A DNA stretch of 58,756 nt from Planctomycetota bacterium (GTDB lineage: Bacteria; Planctomycetota; UBA8108; UBA1146). Shown one piece after another: positions 10,312-19,612 of the stretch. The position numbers and the translations under genes are program-made. Every line of letters starts with the position of its first letter. Within the stretch, counting starts at the first letter, position 1. The notes below the pieces were generated by a model, which searched no databases, was not told the DNA's origin, and saw nothing but the letters and a program-made list of their open reading frames with translations. The stretch is taken from NCBI GenBank assembly GCA_036338595.1, contig JAYZBV010000095.1, positions 1-58,756 on the forward strand, read 5' to 3'.

Positions 10312-11958
10312 ATGAAGTTGCTCGTATCACCCGAATGCCGTCTGTACCCACTACTGGGGCTGGTCGCATTGCTGCTCTCGGGATGTGCCGCGGCAGGCTC
10401 ATCGCGCTCCATCTACGAGGGACGCCCGGAGAAGGCACCGAATATCCTCTTCATCTTCACCGACGACCATGCATCCCACGCCATCGGTGCTTACGGCAGC
10501 CGCTTTCCCGCAGACATCACACCCAACCTCGATCAACTCGCTGCCGACGGCATGATGTTTCGCCGCTGTGGCGTGACCAACTCCATCTGTGCGCCGAGTC
10601 GCGCAGTGATCCTGACCGGCAAGCACAGTCATCTCAACGGCGTGCCGACCAATGCCGAACGCTTTGACGGTTCCCAGATGACCTTTCCAAAATTGCTGCA
10701 GGGCGCTGGCTACCAGACCGCCATCTTTGGTAAATGGCATCTCAAGTCTGAACCGACCGGCTTCGACCACTACGAGAGACTGCTCGGTCAAGGCCCCTAC
10801 TACAATCCAAGGATGCGCAGCCCCGCAGAGAATGAGCAGGGTTTCATCGACCGTCAGCACCCTGGTTACACCACCGACATCATCACGGACCTGGCTCTCG
10901 ACTGGCTCAAGGATGGGCGTGACCAGGACCAGCCGTTCATGATGATGGTTCAGCACAAGGCGCCTCATAGACACTGGCAGCCTCCTCCAAGGCATCTGGC
11001 CTATCTGGACGATGTCGATATCGAGGAACCGGCCAACCTGTTCGATGACTACAGCGGTCGTGGCACTGCTGCGAGGGTTCAGGACATGGAGATTGCCACC
11101 ACGTTGACCAAGAATGACCTCAAGCTGGTTCCTCAGCGAGGACTCGACGAGGCACAGGCGGCCCTGTGGAATGCCGCCTACGATCCCAAGAACCAGAAGA
11201 TGAAGCAGTCGCTTCGCAATGGCGATGAAGACGATTTGACGCGCTGGAAGTACCAGCGCTACCTGAAGGATTACCTGCGCTGTATCAAGGCGGTCGACGA
11301 GAACATCGGTCGCATGATGGCGACACTGGATGAACTCGATCTCTCCAGGGAAACGGTCGTGATTTACTCATCCGATCAGGGCTTTTTCCTCGGAGAACAT
11401 GGCTGGTTCGACAAGCGCTTCATGTACGAGGAATGCTACAAGACACCGTTGATCGTCCGCTGGCCAGGTGTCGTCAACGCCGGCAGCGTCGATGAAAACC
11501 TCGTCAGCAATCTCGATTACGCACAGACCTTTCTCGACCTGGCGAGGATCCCCGCCACGGACACTTCCATCGAAGAGATGCAGGGGCTGAGCCTGGTGCC
11601 ACTGATGATGGGCAGGAAGCCCGCCGACTGGCGAGAGAGTCTCTACTACCAGTATTACGAGTACCTCGGCGATCAGCGCACCGCCCACATGGTTCGCAGA
11701 CATCGAGGCGTCTGCACCCAGCGCTACAAGTTGATCCATTTCTACAATCTCGACGAATGGGAGCTGTACGACCTGCAGGAGGATCCAACCGAGATGAACA
11801 ATCTCGCTGACGACCCCGACCACGGTGAGATCCGAGGCGAACTGGCACAGGAACTGGAGCGACTGGCGCTTCTGTACGAGGTACCAGATGACCGCGGAAG
11901 CGTCCCCTACGACCCACACGGCCTGATCGAGGCGCTGGGTGCCCGCTCCAGCCAGTAG
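10312..11958 (+). CDS. Sulfatase (N-acetylglucosamine-6-sulfatase/mucin-desulfating-like), probable lipoprotein
   Basis: [29 protein letters not shown]; lipobox LLSGC; AAGGA RBS before ATG 10312. Confidence 0.92.
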   Translation: MKLLVSPECRLYPLLGLVALLLSGCAAAGSSRSIYEGRPEKAPNILFIFTDDHASHAIGAYGSRFPADITPNLDQLAADGMMFRRCGVTNSICAPSRAVILTGKHSHLNGVPTNAERFDGSQMTFPKLLQGAGYQTAIFGKWHLKSEPTGFDHYERLLGQGPYYNPRMRSPAENEQGFIDRQHPGYTTDIITDLALDWLKDGRDQDQPFMMMVQHKAPHRHWQPPPRHLAYLDDVDIEEPANLFDDYSGRGTAARVQDMEIATTLTKNDLKLVPQRGLDEAQAALWNAAYDPKNQKMKQSLRNGDEDDLTRWKYQRYLKDYLRCIKAVDENIGRMMATLDELDLSRETVVIYSSDQGFFLGEHGWFDKRFMYEECYKTPLIVRWPGVVNAGSVDENLVSNLDYAQTFLDLARIPATDTSIEEMQGLSLVPLMMGRKPADWRESLYYQYYEYLGDQRTAHMVRRHRGVCTQRYKLIHFYNLDEWELYDLQEDPTEMNNLADDPDHGEIRGELAQELERLALLYEVPDDRGSVPYDPHGLIEALGARSSQ

Positions 11959-12243
11959 GTTTGTAATCTTGTACTTCTTGGTAAATCTGTAAATACACTG
12001 CGCCTATTGCGCATTCATATCTATTCGTAATGTCTAAAAAATACAAAGATGGCAATTTCGGTCCGCACGCCTGGCCTGAAGCGGATGGCCTAACAACTGT
12101 GGTTTGATTGATTTTTATTGGGCGTTTTGGGGCATCTGTATTTATTAGCGATTAACAGGAATACAAATCGACTACTAACCGTTGTACTCGATGGGTGCGG
12201 TGGCTTCGCAGACGGCAGAGTCCGAATGGTCTGCCCTGGGGAT

Positions 12244-13014
12244 TCAAGGGCAGGTTTCGAGGCACCCGAGCAGGTCCGATGTGGGGTCGGGTCCGCACCC
12301 TGGAAAGGGCGCTGGAGGCGCAGGGCCGGCATTGAACAGGAAGGCGAGGTGGAAGATCGCATCGGCGAGGTTGAGGCTGGCATCGTCGTTGGTATCCCCC
12401 GCTTCGAAACAGCCGAGAGGCATCGACAGGAACAGGTGCTCGAGCAGCCGGATCGAGTCGGCGAGGTTGGAGGAGCCATCTCCGTTCACATCGGAACGCA
12501 GAAAGGTCTCCGTCGGAGGTGGCACGATGGCCAGCACCAGATTGGTCAGGGCGATGTTGTCGATCAGAATCGATGACTGCAGCTTCATGTCGATCTCGAT
12601 GAAGCCTCCCCCCACCGCGTCCCGAAGAACATACTCTCCGCCGTCGGCCAGGAGCAACGGATCCCATTCGATGAGGATCGGATCCGTGATCGAGAACTGC
12701 AATGACAGTACGAACACCTGCGGGTCTGGATCGGGTGCGATGATGCAGCTGAACCAGGAGTCGTTGGCATAGATGATGGAACTGTAGAAGGAAGGCGTCG
12801 GTGGTGCCGGCGGTGCGTACAGGTCTTCACCCGCAACATACCCATCGGACGCACCATCGGCCATGCCGACCAGCAGGTTATAGGCGCTCCCATTGAGGGA
12901 ACTGATTCCCAGGCCCACCTCGAACTGCTGGCTCGAAGCGCGACCGGATCCCAGCATCAACAGGCCAAGAATGACCATCCAGATTCTGGTCTTCGGTACC
13001 CCGAAATCGATCAT
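12244..13014 (-). CDS. Secreted protein with C-terminal dockerin-like domain
   Basis: Signal peptide; FLRSDVNGDG..NLAD and DTNDD..NLAD repeats, PFPGCGPDPT tail like that of 2903-4474. Confidence 0.8.
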   Translation of the reverse strand: MIDFGVPKTRIWMVILGLLMLGSGRASSQQFEVGLGISSLNGSAYNLLVGMADGASDGYVAGEDLYAPPAPPTPSFYSSIIYANDSWFSCIIAPDPDPQVFVLSLQFSITDPILIEWDPLLLADGGEYVLRDAVGGGFIEIDMKLQSSILIDNIALTNLVLAIVPPPTETFLRSDVNGDGSSNLADSIRLLEHLFLSMPLGCFEAGDTNDDASLNLADAIFHLAFLFNAGPAPPAPFPGCGPDPTSDLLGCLETCP

Positions 13015-13161
13015 CGGTTCACTCCCACGTCCCAACGAGCTGAGATGAATACATCATCCCTATCCTAGGCTCCTCGGTGCAGATACAGAAGTGGCAACGA
13101 TGCCTAAACTTCGCGACAGATGCGACATACAGGCCAATATGAGCCAGTAGCCGACAGTTGA

Positions 13162-14718
13162 TCAGTCGAGTTCGATGCCACGACCCGACAGAATGGTGCC
13201 CGAAGCGTTGCGATAGGCAGCGATCGCCTTGCGCAACCTCACCTGGGATTGCAATTCGGATACCTGGGATTGCAGCAAACTGTTCTGTACCTGCAGTACC
13301 TGGTACGCAGTCGAGACCCCCACCTCGAGCCGGCGTGTCTCGCCGTCGAGTTCCTTGCGACGCAGCCGCGTGGCGGCACGAGTGGTCTCGACGCTCTGAC
13401 GCGCGCTGAGCAACTCCCGCACTGCCCGCGTCACCTCCAGCACGATGCCATGGGCGGCCTGCTCGCGACTGATCTGGGATCGACGCAGGTCTTCCTGCGA
13501 CTGGAGCATTCGATTGCGAGCCGCACGATTACCGATCGGGATCTCGAAGTTGAGCCCGGCATTCCAGGTGAAGTCGTCGCCGATGTTGGACCAGGAGCCG
13601 TCAAAGGTGATGTCATTGCCGGGCTGGTTCCAACCACCGGTGAGGGTCAAGTTGGGTCGCAGTTGATCCTCACTCAGTCGCAACTGATCCTCGCTGTTGG
13701 CAATATCCAGATCACGCTGGAACAACTCGAGCCGCGTCACCAGTGCGGATTCCACGGCCTGGGCCATCTCGACCGGGAACTCGGGAAGATCGAGAGACGT
13801 GGTCGGGATCACCTCGAGGTCACGAAACATCGGGCCTGAAGCACCGCCGACGCGGTGTTCGGGAGCATTGACCTTGTCGAGCAACACATCCTGGATATCC
13901 CTCAACTGGTTGACGGCATCGATGATGCTCGCCTTCTGCGTCTCGATGTTGGCCTCGGCACTGATCACATCGAGTTCGGTACCGGTCCCCACCTCGAGGC
14001 GGCGCCGATTGATCTCGAGCAACTCGGTGGCCTCGACCAGCGCGCGCTGTTGCACATCTACATTCTGACGCGTGTAGACCAGATCCCAGTAACTGGAGAC
14101 GACCGATGCCACGGTCGTCTCGACAGCCCGCCGCATGGCGAGCCTCGAAGACTCTGCATTCCGTAATGCGACACGCAGTGAGGTCTCGGTGATGTCATAC
14201 CCGAAGCCCTGCATCAACGGCTGGCTCAGTGACAGGTCATAGGCGCCACGATAGTTGAGCGGGCTGAAGAACTCGCTGACCGCTGAGGTGGCCGAGCGGC
14301 TACCGTTGAGGCGTAGATTCCAGGTCGTGCCGTAACGCATCTGACCCGAGAGCCCCAGGAAATAGCTACGGTTGTCGCGCTCGCTCTGCTCACCCACCGC
14401 GGCACCCTCGATGATGCTGGTCGAGGTGGTGGTCGATTTGCTCCAGGTGAATCCGGTGCGAAACAGCGGATCGAAGGCGGCCTCTGCAATGAGAGGATCC
14501 CTCAGGGCACGAGCCTCGGCGATTCGCTGCACCTCCAGCTCAAGATTGTTCTCGAGAGCGAGACGGATCGCCTGATCCAGGCTCAGCTGTACCTTCTCGC
14601 TACCGACCGCGGTGATCGGCGCCGTGGTTGTTTCGGAGATCGACCCGGTGTCTTGCTGTGACTGCAGCAATGAACCGAATCCCAGCAGTGAGACCGTGAT
14701 CAACAGGCAACGGGCCAT
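13162..14718 (-). CDS. TolC family outer-membrane efflux protein
   Basis: LSLDQAIRLALENNLEL, two OEP repeats, YWDL, GLNFEIPIG; signal peptide. Confidence 0.9.
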   Translation of the reverse strand: MARCLLITVSLLGFGSLLQSQQDTGSISETTTAPITAVGSEKVQLSLDQAIRLALENNLELEVQRIAEARALRDPLIAEAAFDPLFRTGFTWSKSTTTSTSIIEGAAVGEQSERDNRSYFLGLSGQMRYGTTWNLRLNGSRSATSAVSEFFSPLNYRGAYDLSLSQPLMQGFGYDITETSLRVALRNAESSRLAMRRAVETTVASVVSSYWDLVYTRQNVDVQQRALVEATELLEINRRRLEVGTGTELDVISAEANIETQKASIIDAVNQLRDIQDVLLDKVNAPEHRVGGASGPMFRDLEVIPTTSLDLPEFPVEMAQAVESALVTRLELFQRDLDIANSEDQLRLSEDQLRPNLTLTGGWNQPGNDITFDGSWSNIGDDFTWNAGLNFEIPIGNRAARNRMLQSQEDLRRSQISREQAAHGIVLEVTRAVRELLSARQSVETTRAATRLRRKELDGETRRLEVGVSTAYQVLQVQNSLLQSQVSELQSQVRLRKAIAAYRNASGTILSGRGIELD

Positions 14719-14833
14719 GGCACACTCCTCGACGCAGAACTCTCATCTTCCTTCGTTCACCGCAACCTGCGATGGGGAAGGGCAACGGAAGATGATAGGC
14801 GAGGGTGTCGATTCGGCAAGGGGTCCGACCAGA

Positions 14834-15610
14834 TCAAAAGGGCGAGATGATGTGATCGGCCGCTTCCTCCTCGATCGGCTCGGGTCGGGGGCGGATCTTC
14901 TGAACCAGCATCGGGATCAGATGCATCGCTGCCAGGGCGATCAGCACCGCAGCAGCCACCAGTGCCATCAAGACCAGTGCTCTGCCCGCTTCAGCCTCGT
15001 AGAAACGCCTCAGAAACCAGCCATTGGTGAATGCGCCGAATCGGAGTCCGAGCCACTGGGCCGCTTCCATCACGCCGACGATGGCGGATCCCATCAGCAG
15101 CGCGACTCCGCACTCGCGTGGACGCAAGCCCGCGGCCAGCACCGTTGTCGCCAACCATGCCAGCAAACACCAGGTCGCCAGGCCGGTCGCCAACAGCTCA
15201 AACGGGGCCGATAAAAGCGCTCCCAGAAAAGCGCCGATGCTATATTCGAGCGATCTGCCGAGAAATGCCGGATCGGGTACGAGTTGCATCGCTTCCGGCA
15301 TCCACAACACCACCACCGAAAATCCTAGATACAAAGCTGCGAGGCGAAACGCCGTCGTCAGAGGCACTCCCAACCGTTGCAGCGTACATTCCCCCTCGAT
15401 CAGGAATGGTGTTCCATCGCGCCACGGCGAGAGCCCGACCACCGGCGTTGCCGTGGCCAGGCAGGAGAGCGTGCGTGCCAGTCCATCAAAGATCAGTCCC
15501 GGGAACAGGACCAGCTTGACGGGGCCACGGGTCAACAGGTCACCGCGCAGGTGACCGATGCCCCATAGCATCAAGACCAGTGAAAAGAGCAGGGCGGCCA
15601 GTAGTAACAT
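14834..15610 (-). CDS. Integral membrane protein, unknown function
   Basis: Multiple hydrophobic segments; GGAGG RBS; co-oriented between parB and the TolC gene. Confidence 0.7.
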   Translation of the reverse strand: MLLLAALLFSLVLMLWGIGHLRGDLLTRGPVKLVLFPGLIFDGLARTLSCLATATPVVGLSPWRDGTPFLIEGECTLQRLGVPLTTAFRLAALYLGFSVVVLWMPEAMQLVPDPAFLGRSLEYSIGAFLGALLSAPFELLATGLATWCLLAWLATTVLAAGLRPRECGVALLMGSAIVGVMEAAQWLGLRFGAFTNGWFLRRFYEAEAGRALVLMALVAAAVLIALAAMHLIPMLVQKIRPRPEPIEEEAADHIISPF

Positions 15611-15693
15611 CGGATGCCTCCACGATCGTGGCGAACTGGGAAGAGTCCCAGAAGCATCCCATCCCGGGGCGAATTTGCGCCACCTGCTCCCCT

Positions 15694-16617
15694 TCAGGAG
15701 CGGGATTTGTCGACGATGATCCCCGAAATACGCTCGTAGTCCTCGGCCGAGAAGAACTCGATGATGATCTTCCCGCGCTCTTTCGGACCGGTTTCCAGTA
15801 CCGAGACCTTGGTCCCGAGAACCAGCTCGAGGCGTTCTTCTTCAGCAAGAATGTGGTTTCCAGCACCCTTATTCCCTTTACTAGTGCCTTTTTTGCCTCC
15901 AGGTGGGGAAGATGACTGGGTTTTACCTTTCCTGAGCGCATCGTCGAGATCGCGAACCGTCCAGTTCTTGGACATCACCTTGCGGTGCCATTCGGCCCTT
16001 TTCCCGTGATCGCTCACAGAGAGCAGCAATTTTGCATGACCTGCGCTGATGATCCGATCGATCAGGCTCTGCTGAATGGCATCGTCGAGCTCGAGGAAGC
16101 GCAAGGTATTGGCGATGCTGGAGCGCTTCTTTCCGACCTGCTCCGCCAGTTGTTCCTGGGTCAGAGCGAAGGATTGTTGTAACGCTCGATAAGCACGAGC
16201 CAGCTCGATGGGATTGAGATCCTCACGCTGGATGTTCTCGGCGAGAGCCAGTGGCAACATCTGCTGATCATCGATCGCGCGAACGATCACCGGTACCTGC
16301 TCGAGCCCCGCTTTTCGAGACGCTCGCAATCGCCTCTCTCCAGCGACCAGCTCGAAGTGACCATCCTCGGCTGGTCGGACCACCAGCGGCTGGATGATGC
16401 CATCGGTGGCGATCGAGATGGCCAGCTCATCGATACCAGCCTCGTCGAAATGGCTGCGCGGTTGCTGGCGATTGGCCCGGATCTGGTCCGGATGGATCTG
16501 GATCACCTCACTACCATACGATGTGGCGGTATCGGTGGGGGATGTCGCTTCCGAAGGGATCTCTTCGGTCCTACGGATCAGGGCATCAAGCCCGCGTCCC
16601 AGTTTCCGTCCACTCAT
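15694..16617 (-). CDS. parB: Chromosome partitioning protein ParB/Spo0J
   Basis: LGRGLDAL N-terminus, QPR..F, AGERRLRA, ENIQREDLNPIE, HTH. Confidence 0.95.
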   Translation of the reverse strand: MSGRKLGRGLDALIRRTEEIPSEATSPTDTATSYGSEVIQIHPDQIRANRQQPRSHFDEAGIDELAISIATDGIIQPLVVRPAEDGHFELVAGERRLRASRKAGLEQVPVIVRAIDDQQMLPLALAENIQREDLNPIELARAYRALQQSFALTQEQLAEQVGKKRSSIANTLRFLELDDAIQQSLIDRIISAGHAKLLLSVSDHGKRAEWHRKVMSKNWTVRDLDDALRKGKTQSSSPPGGKKGTSKGNKGAGNHILAEEERLELVLGTKVSVLETGPKERGKIIIEFFSAEDYERISGIIVDKSRS

Positions 16618-17371
16618 GTTCAAGGACCTCCTTCGCGAGGTTCAGGTAAGACCACGCTCCGGCAGAGCGTGGTTGGTATTTGCAGATGGGTTGACCATGG
16701 CTGGCAGACTCTGCCAGCGTCGGATCCCTCAGGATCGGCGTCTCCAGCGTGTCATCGGGGAAGTAGCGCTTGACCTCTTCGGCCACCTCGTGACACAGGT
16801 CCACTTCGGGGCTGAACAGGGTCAACACCAGGCCCTCGAGCAGGATCTCCCGGGCGCTGGAAGACTCGGCACGTTTCACCAGTTCCAGAACCTGAGCCAA
16901 TCCCTCCATGGCGAAATACTCGCACTGCACCGGGACCAGCACCGAGTCGCAGATGTGAAGGGCCAGATCGGTGAGAGGCCCCAGCGATGGGGGACAGTCG
17001 AGCACGACCACATCCAGAGCACCTGCCGAGGGCGAGTGCCACGCCTCTCGTAGTCTCGATGCACCTTCCCCTCGAGCCATCGAACTCGCCACAGGAACCT
17101 CGAGATTGATGGTGCTGGGCAAACAGATCAGCCCATCGACCGCAGTCGGCTGGACCACATCCGTCCAGCATACGGAACCCTCGAGCAGTGCGGGAAGGTG
17201 GGAGTGGGGGGGCGATTCAAGACCGATTCCGGAGGTGGCATTGGCCTGGGGATCGAGGTCCACGAGCAGGCAGGATCGCCCGGCGAGGGCGAAATAGGCG
17301 GCCAGATTGACCGCAGTGGTGGTCTTTCCGACTCCACCCTTCTGGCTCGCAATGGCGATGATTCTGGCCAA
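16586..17371 (-). CDS. parA: Chromosome partitioning ATPase ParA/Soj
   Basis: QKGGVGKTT deviant Walker A, DLDPQAN, DCPPSLG, PVQCEYFAMEG. Confidence 0.95.
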   Translation of the reverse strand: MARIIAIASQKGGVGKTTTAVNLAAYFALAGRSCLLVDLDPQANATSGIGLESPPHSHLPALLEGSVCWTDVVQPTAVDGLICLPSTINLEVPVASSMARGEGASRLREAWHSPSAGALDVVVLDCPPSLGPLTDLALHICDSVLVPVQCEYFAMEGLAQVLELVKRAESSSAREILLEGLVLTLFSPEVDLCHEVAEEVKRYFPDDTLETPILRDPTLAESASHGQPICKYQPRSAGAWSYLNLAKEVLEHEWTETGTRA

Positions 17372-17469
17372 CCCTGGTTCCCTCCTGTACCCCCTCCAGG
17401 GGGCCCGGATGGAGAGTATCCGGCTATCTGGCCCGAAACAAGTTGGTCCGATCGGTCCAGATCCTCGGA

Positions 17470-17485
17470 TGTTCCATGGGGAACA
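17470..17485. promoter_or_regulatory. parS-like site
   Basis: TGTTCCATGGGGAACA, 14/16 match to TGTTCCACGTGGAACA, about 100 bp upstream of parA. Confidence 0.75.
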
Positions 17486-17527
17486 ATGCGGGCTGAATCG
17501 AGATGTTCTGGATACCGCTAAGGACCA

Positions 17528-17543
17528 TGTTCCCCGTGGAACA
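17528..17543. promoter_or_regulatory. parS-like site
   Basis: TGTTCCCCGTGGAACA, 15/16 match to TGTTCCACGTGGAACA. Confidence 0.82.
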
Positions 17544-17651
17544 GTGGCCGATAATCATATCCTGGCGCTTCCGCAGCCTCAGTCTGCTTCCCATTGCGAG
17601 GGAAGCCACTAGAATGCCAGCCCAAAGGTGGGCAAGGGAAACAGGGGAAAC

Positions 17652-18374
17652 TTGAAAATCGCGGTCATCTCTGACATCCACGGCAATGAGGAGGCGCTCG
17701 ACGCGGTGCTGGCCCTGCTCGATCAGCAGCAGGTCGACCGGACGCTGTGCCTGGGCGATGTGGTGGGCTATGGCCCCGATCCGGTCGCCTGCCTCTCGAA
17801 GATACGAGATCGCTGCGATGTCGTGGTCGCCGGAAATCATGAGTATGCCGTTCTCGATCTGCTCGACCTCGACTACTTCAATCCGATCGCACGCCAGGCG
17901 ACCCTCTGGACCCGGACCCAGCTCGACGAGGAACAACTCGATTTCATCCGCAGCTGGCCGCTGGTCCACCATGAAACAGACTTTTCAATGGTCCACGGCA
18001 GTCTCGACCATCCAGATCTGTTCGACTACATCCAGACGACCTGGGACGCACACCTGTCGTTTCAACTGCTGCAGTCGCCCGTCTGCTTCATCGGCCACTC
18101 GCATGTTCCCGTGACCTTCTTGTTGAGTGACGTCATCCGCTACAACACCGACGAGGTGATCGAACTCCATGGCGGAGTGCAGGGGATCGTCAATGTCGGC
18201 AGCGTGGGTCAGCCTCGCGATGGCAACCCGCTCGCCAGCGTCGTCATCTACGAGCCCGAACAGGCTCGTATCGAACGCTTCAGGGTTGCTTATGACATCG
18301 AGAAGGTGCAGCAGAAGATCAGAGATTGCGGTCTTCCGGAGTTCCTGGCAGATCGGCTGGCAGAGGGCAGATAG
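17652..18374 (+). CDS. Metallophosphoesterase (calcineurin-like, YfcE/MJ0912-type)
   Basis: SDIHGN, LGDVVGYG, GNHE, VHGS, GHSH, NVGSVGQPRDG; TTG start inferred. Confidence 0.9.
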   Translation: MKIAVISDIHGNEEALDAVLALLDQQQVDRTLCLGDVVGYGPDPVACLSKIRDRCDVVVAGNHEYAVLDLLDLDYFNPIARQATLWTRTQLDEEQLDFIRSWPLVHHETDFSMVHGSLDHPDLFDYIQTTWDAHLSFQLLQSPVCFIGHSHVPVTFLLSDVIRYNTDEVIELHGGVQGIVNVGSVGQPRDGNPLASVVIYEPEQARIERFRVAYDIEKVQQKIRDCGLPEFLADRLAEGR

Positions 18375-18422
18375 TCCTGGAGGCGGGGGCGCCACTTCCT
18401 GCGCCCGAAAACCTCGCTCCCA

Positions 18423-18704
18423 TCACTCTTCGTCTTTTTGGCGATTCTCTCCGGAGGAATCGGTCGGATCTGCGGTATCGGTGTGCTGCGTTGGTGGAGT
18501 GGCTGGTGGATCGATGGAGGTGCGGATGTCTTCCTCCGTCGAACGAACGCCCTTCTTGAACTCGGTGACACCTCGGCCAAGATTCCGCATCACCGAAGGC
18601 AGTCGACTGCCAAAGAGCAAGAGCATCACCACCAGTAGCACGATCAGTTCAACGCCACCCGGCATGCCGAAGGCGAGGTAACTTGTCACGCTGCTCAGGG
18701 TCAT
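18423..18704 (-). CDS. tatA: Twin-arginine translocase subunit TatA/TatE
   Basis: GGVELIVLLVVMLLLFGSRLPSVMRNLGRGVTEFKKG; GGAGG RBS. Confidence 0.93.
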   Translation of the reverse strand: MTLSSVTSYLAFGMPGGVELIVLLVVMLLLFGSRLPSVMRNLGRGVTEFKKGVRSTEEDIRTSIDPPATPPTQHTDTADPTDSSGENRQKDEE

Positions 18705-18851
18705 CGTGTTCCTCCATCGAAGCCCGCGGATCGAAGGAGCGGGCCAACGCCAGACTCTGAAGCTGGCATCGGCGACTCCTGCCCCGGGCAAGCCTGATTG
18801 TAGTCACTCGGGGACCCCATCGGCAAGGCGACCGACATCACTCCACGCTTC

Positions 18852-19478
18852 TCAATCGATCTTCTCGATGCTCTCGCCGCACAGCACCGATGCGACTCGC
18901 TGAGCCAGAGCAGCCAGCATCGCGCCCTGAAGTTCATTCTCTGAGGTCTCGAAGGAGACATAGATGCGTCCCGATTCTGGATTCTCGGGCACACGAATAT
19001 CGAATTCTCGCCGCAATACGGATTGACCATCCTCGACTCGAAAGAGGTTCCAGTAGCCCCGCATTCGTCCTTGCAGCATTCCGATACTGCGCCTGTCACG
19101 AAAACTGAGATGTTCGATGCGGCCGGTCAGGACATGACTGGCTCCGACCTGTTGGCCGATCTTGTTCCAGGGCACCTGGTCGGAATCGGTGTGGAACACC
19201 AGTTCCGAAACGCGCTCATCGGAGACGAGGGAGACTCCATCGCAGGAGACTGGCAACTGCACCCGTATGGCGCGAGCCAGCGTGTTTCCCGGCACCGATT
19301 CGTAGTGCCATCGCAGCACGGAGGGCGCTGTCGTCTTCTGCTGGAAGGGGACGACCAGCAGCTGAGCGGCGCCGATGTCGTACTCCGGATCGATTCGCTT
19401 TTCGACCTTGGAGCAGCCACACAACGGTACCCACAGCAGCAAAGATGCAGTCAGCAGCAACCAGTTCGTTCTCGACAT
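18852..19478 (-). CDS. Lipoprotein of unknown function (possibly LptE/CsgG-like fold)
   Basis: MSRTNWLLL...LCGC lipobox; alpha/beta pattern; follows the Lpt-like gene. Confidence 0.7.
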   Translation of the reverse strand: MSRTNWLLLTASLLLWVPLCGCSKVEKRIDPEYDIGAAQLLVVPFQQKTTAPSVLRWHYESVPGNTLARAIRVQLPVSCDGVSLVSDERVSELVFHTDSDQVPWNKIGQQVGASHVLTGRIEHLSFRDRRSIGMLQGRMRGYWNLFRVEDGQSVLRREFDIRVPENPESGRIYVSFETSENELQGAMLAALAQRVASVLCGESIEKID

Positions 19479-19612
19479 GAACGGCCCTTTCGAGAAGGTT
19501 CGAGTGATCAGACCCCGCATCATACGACCCCGAGAGATCGGGGAACACAGGAAGAGGGAACGATTCGTCGCCGATGGGTGCCGCGATCCTGCTCCATCAC
19601 CTGCGCACTGCA

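Noticed and set aside
12007..12035. TGCGCAT...-containing dif-like site
   Set aside because: No XerD arm (TTATGTTAAAT), and the locus appears origin-proximal
12088..12187. attC-like element starting GCCTAAC
   Set aside because: No proper GTTRRRY partner, no cassette array and no integron integrase
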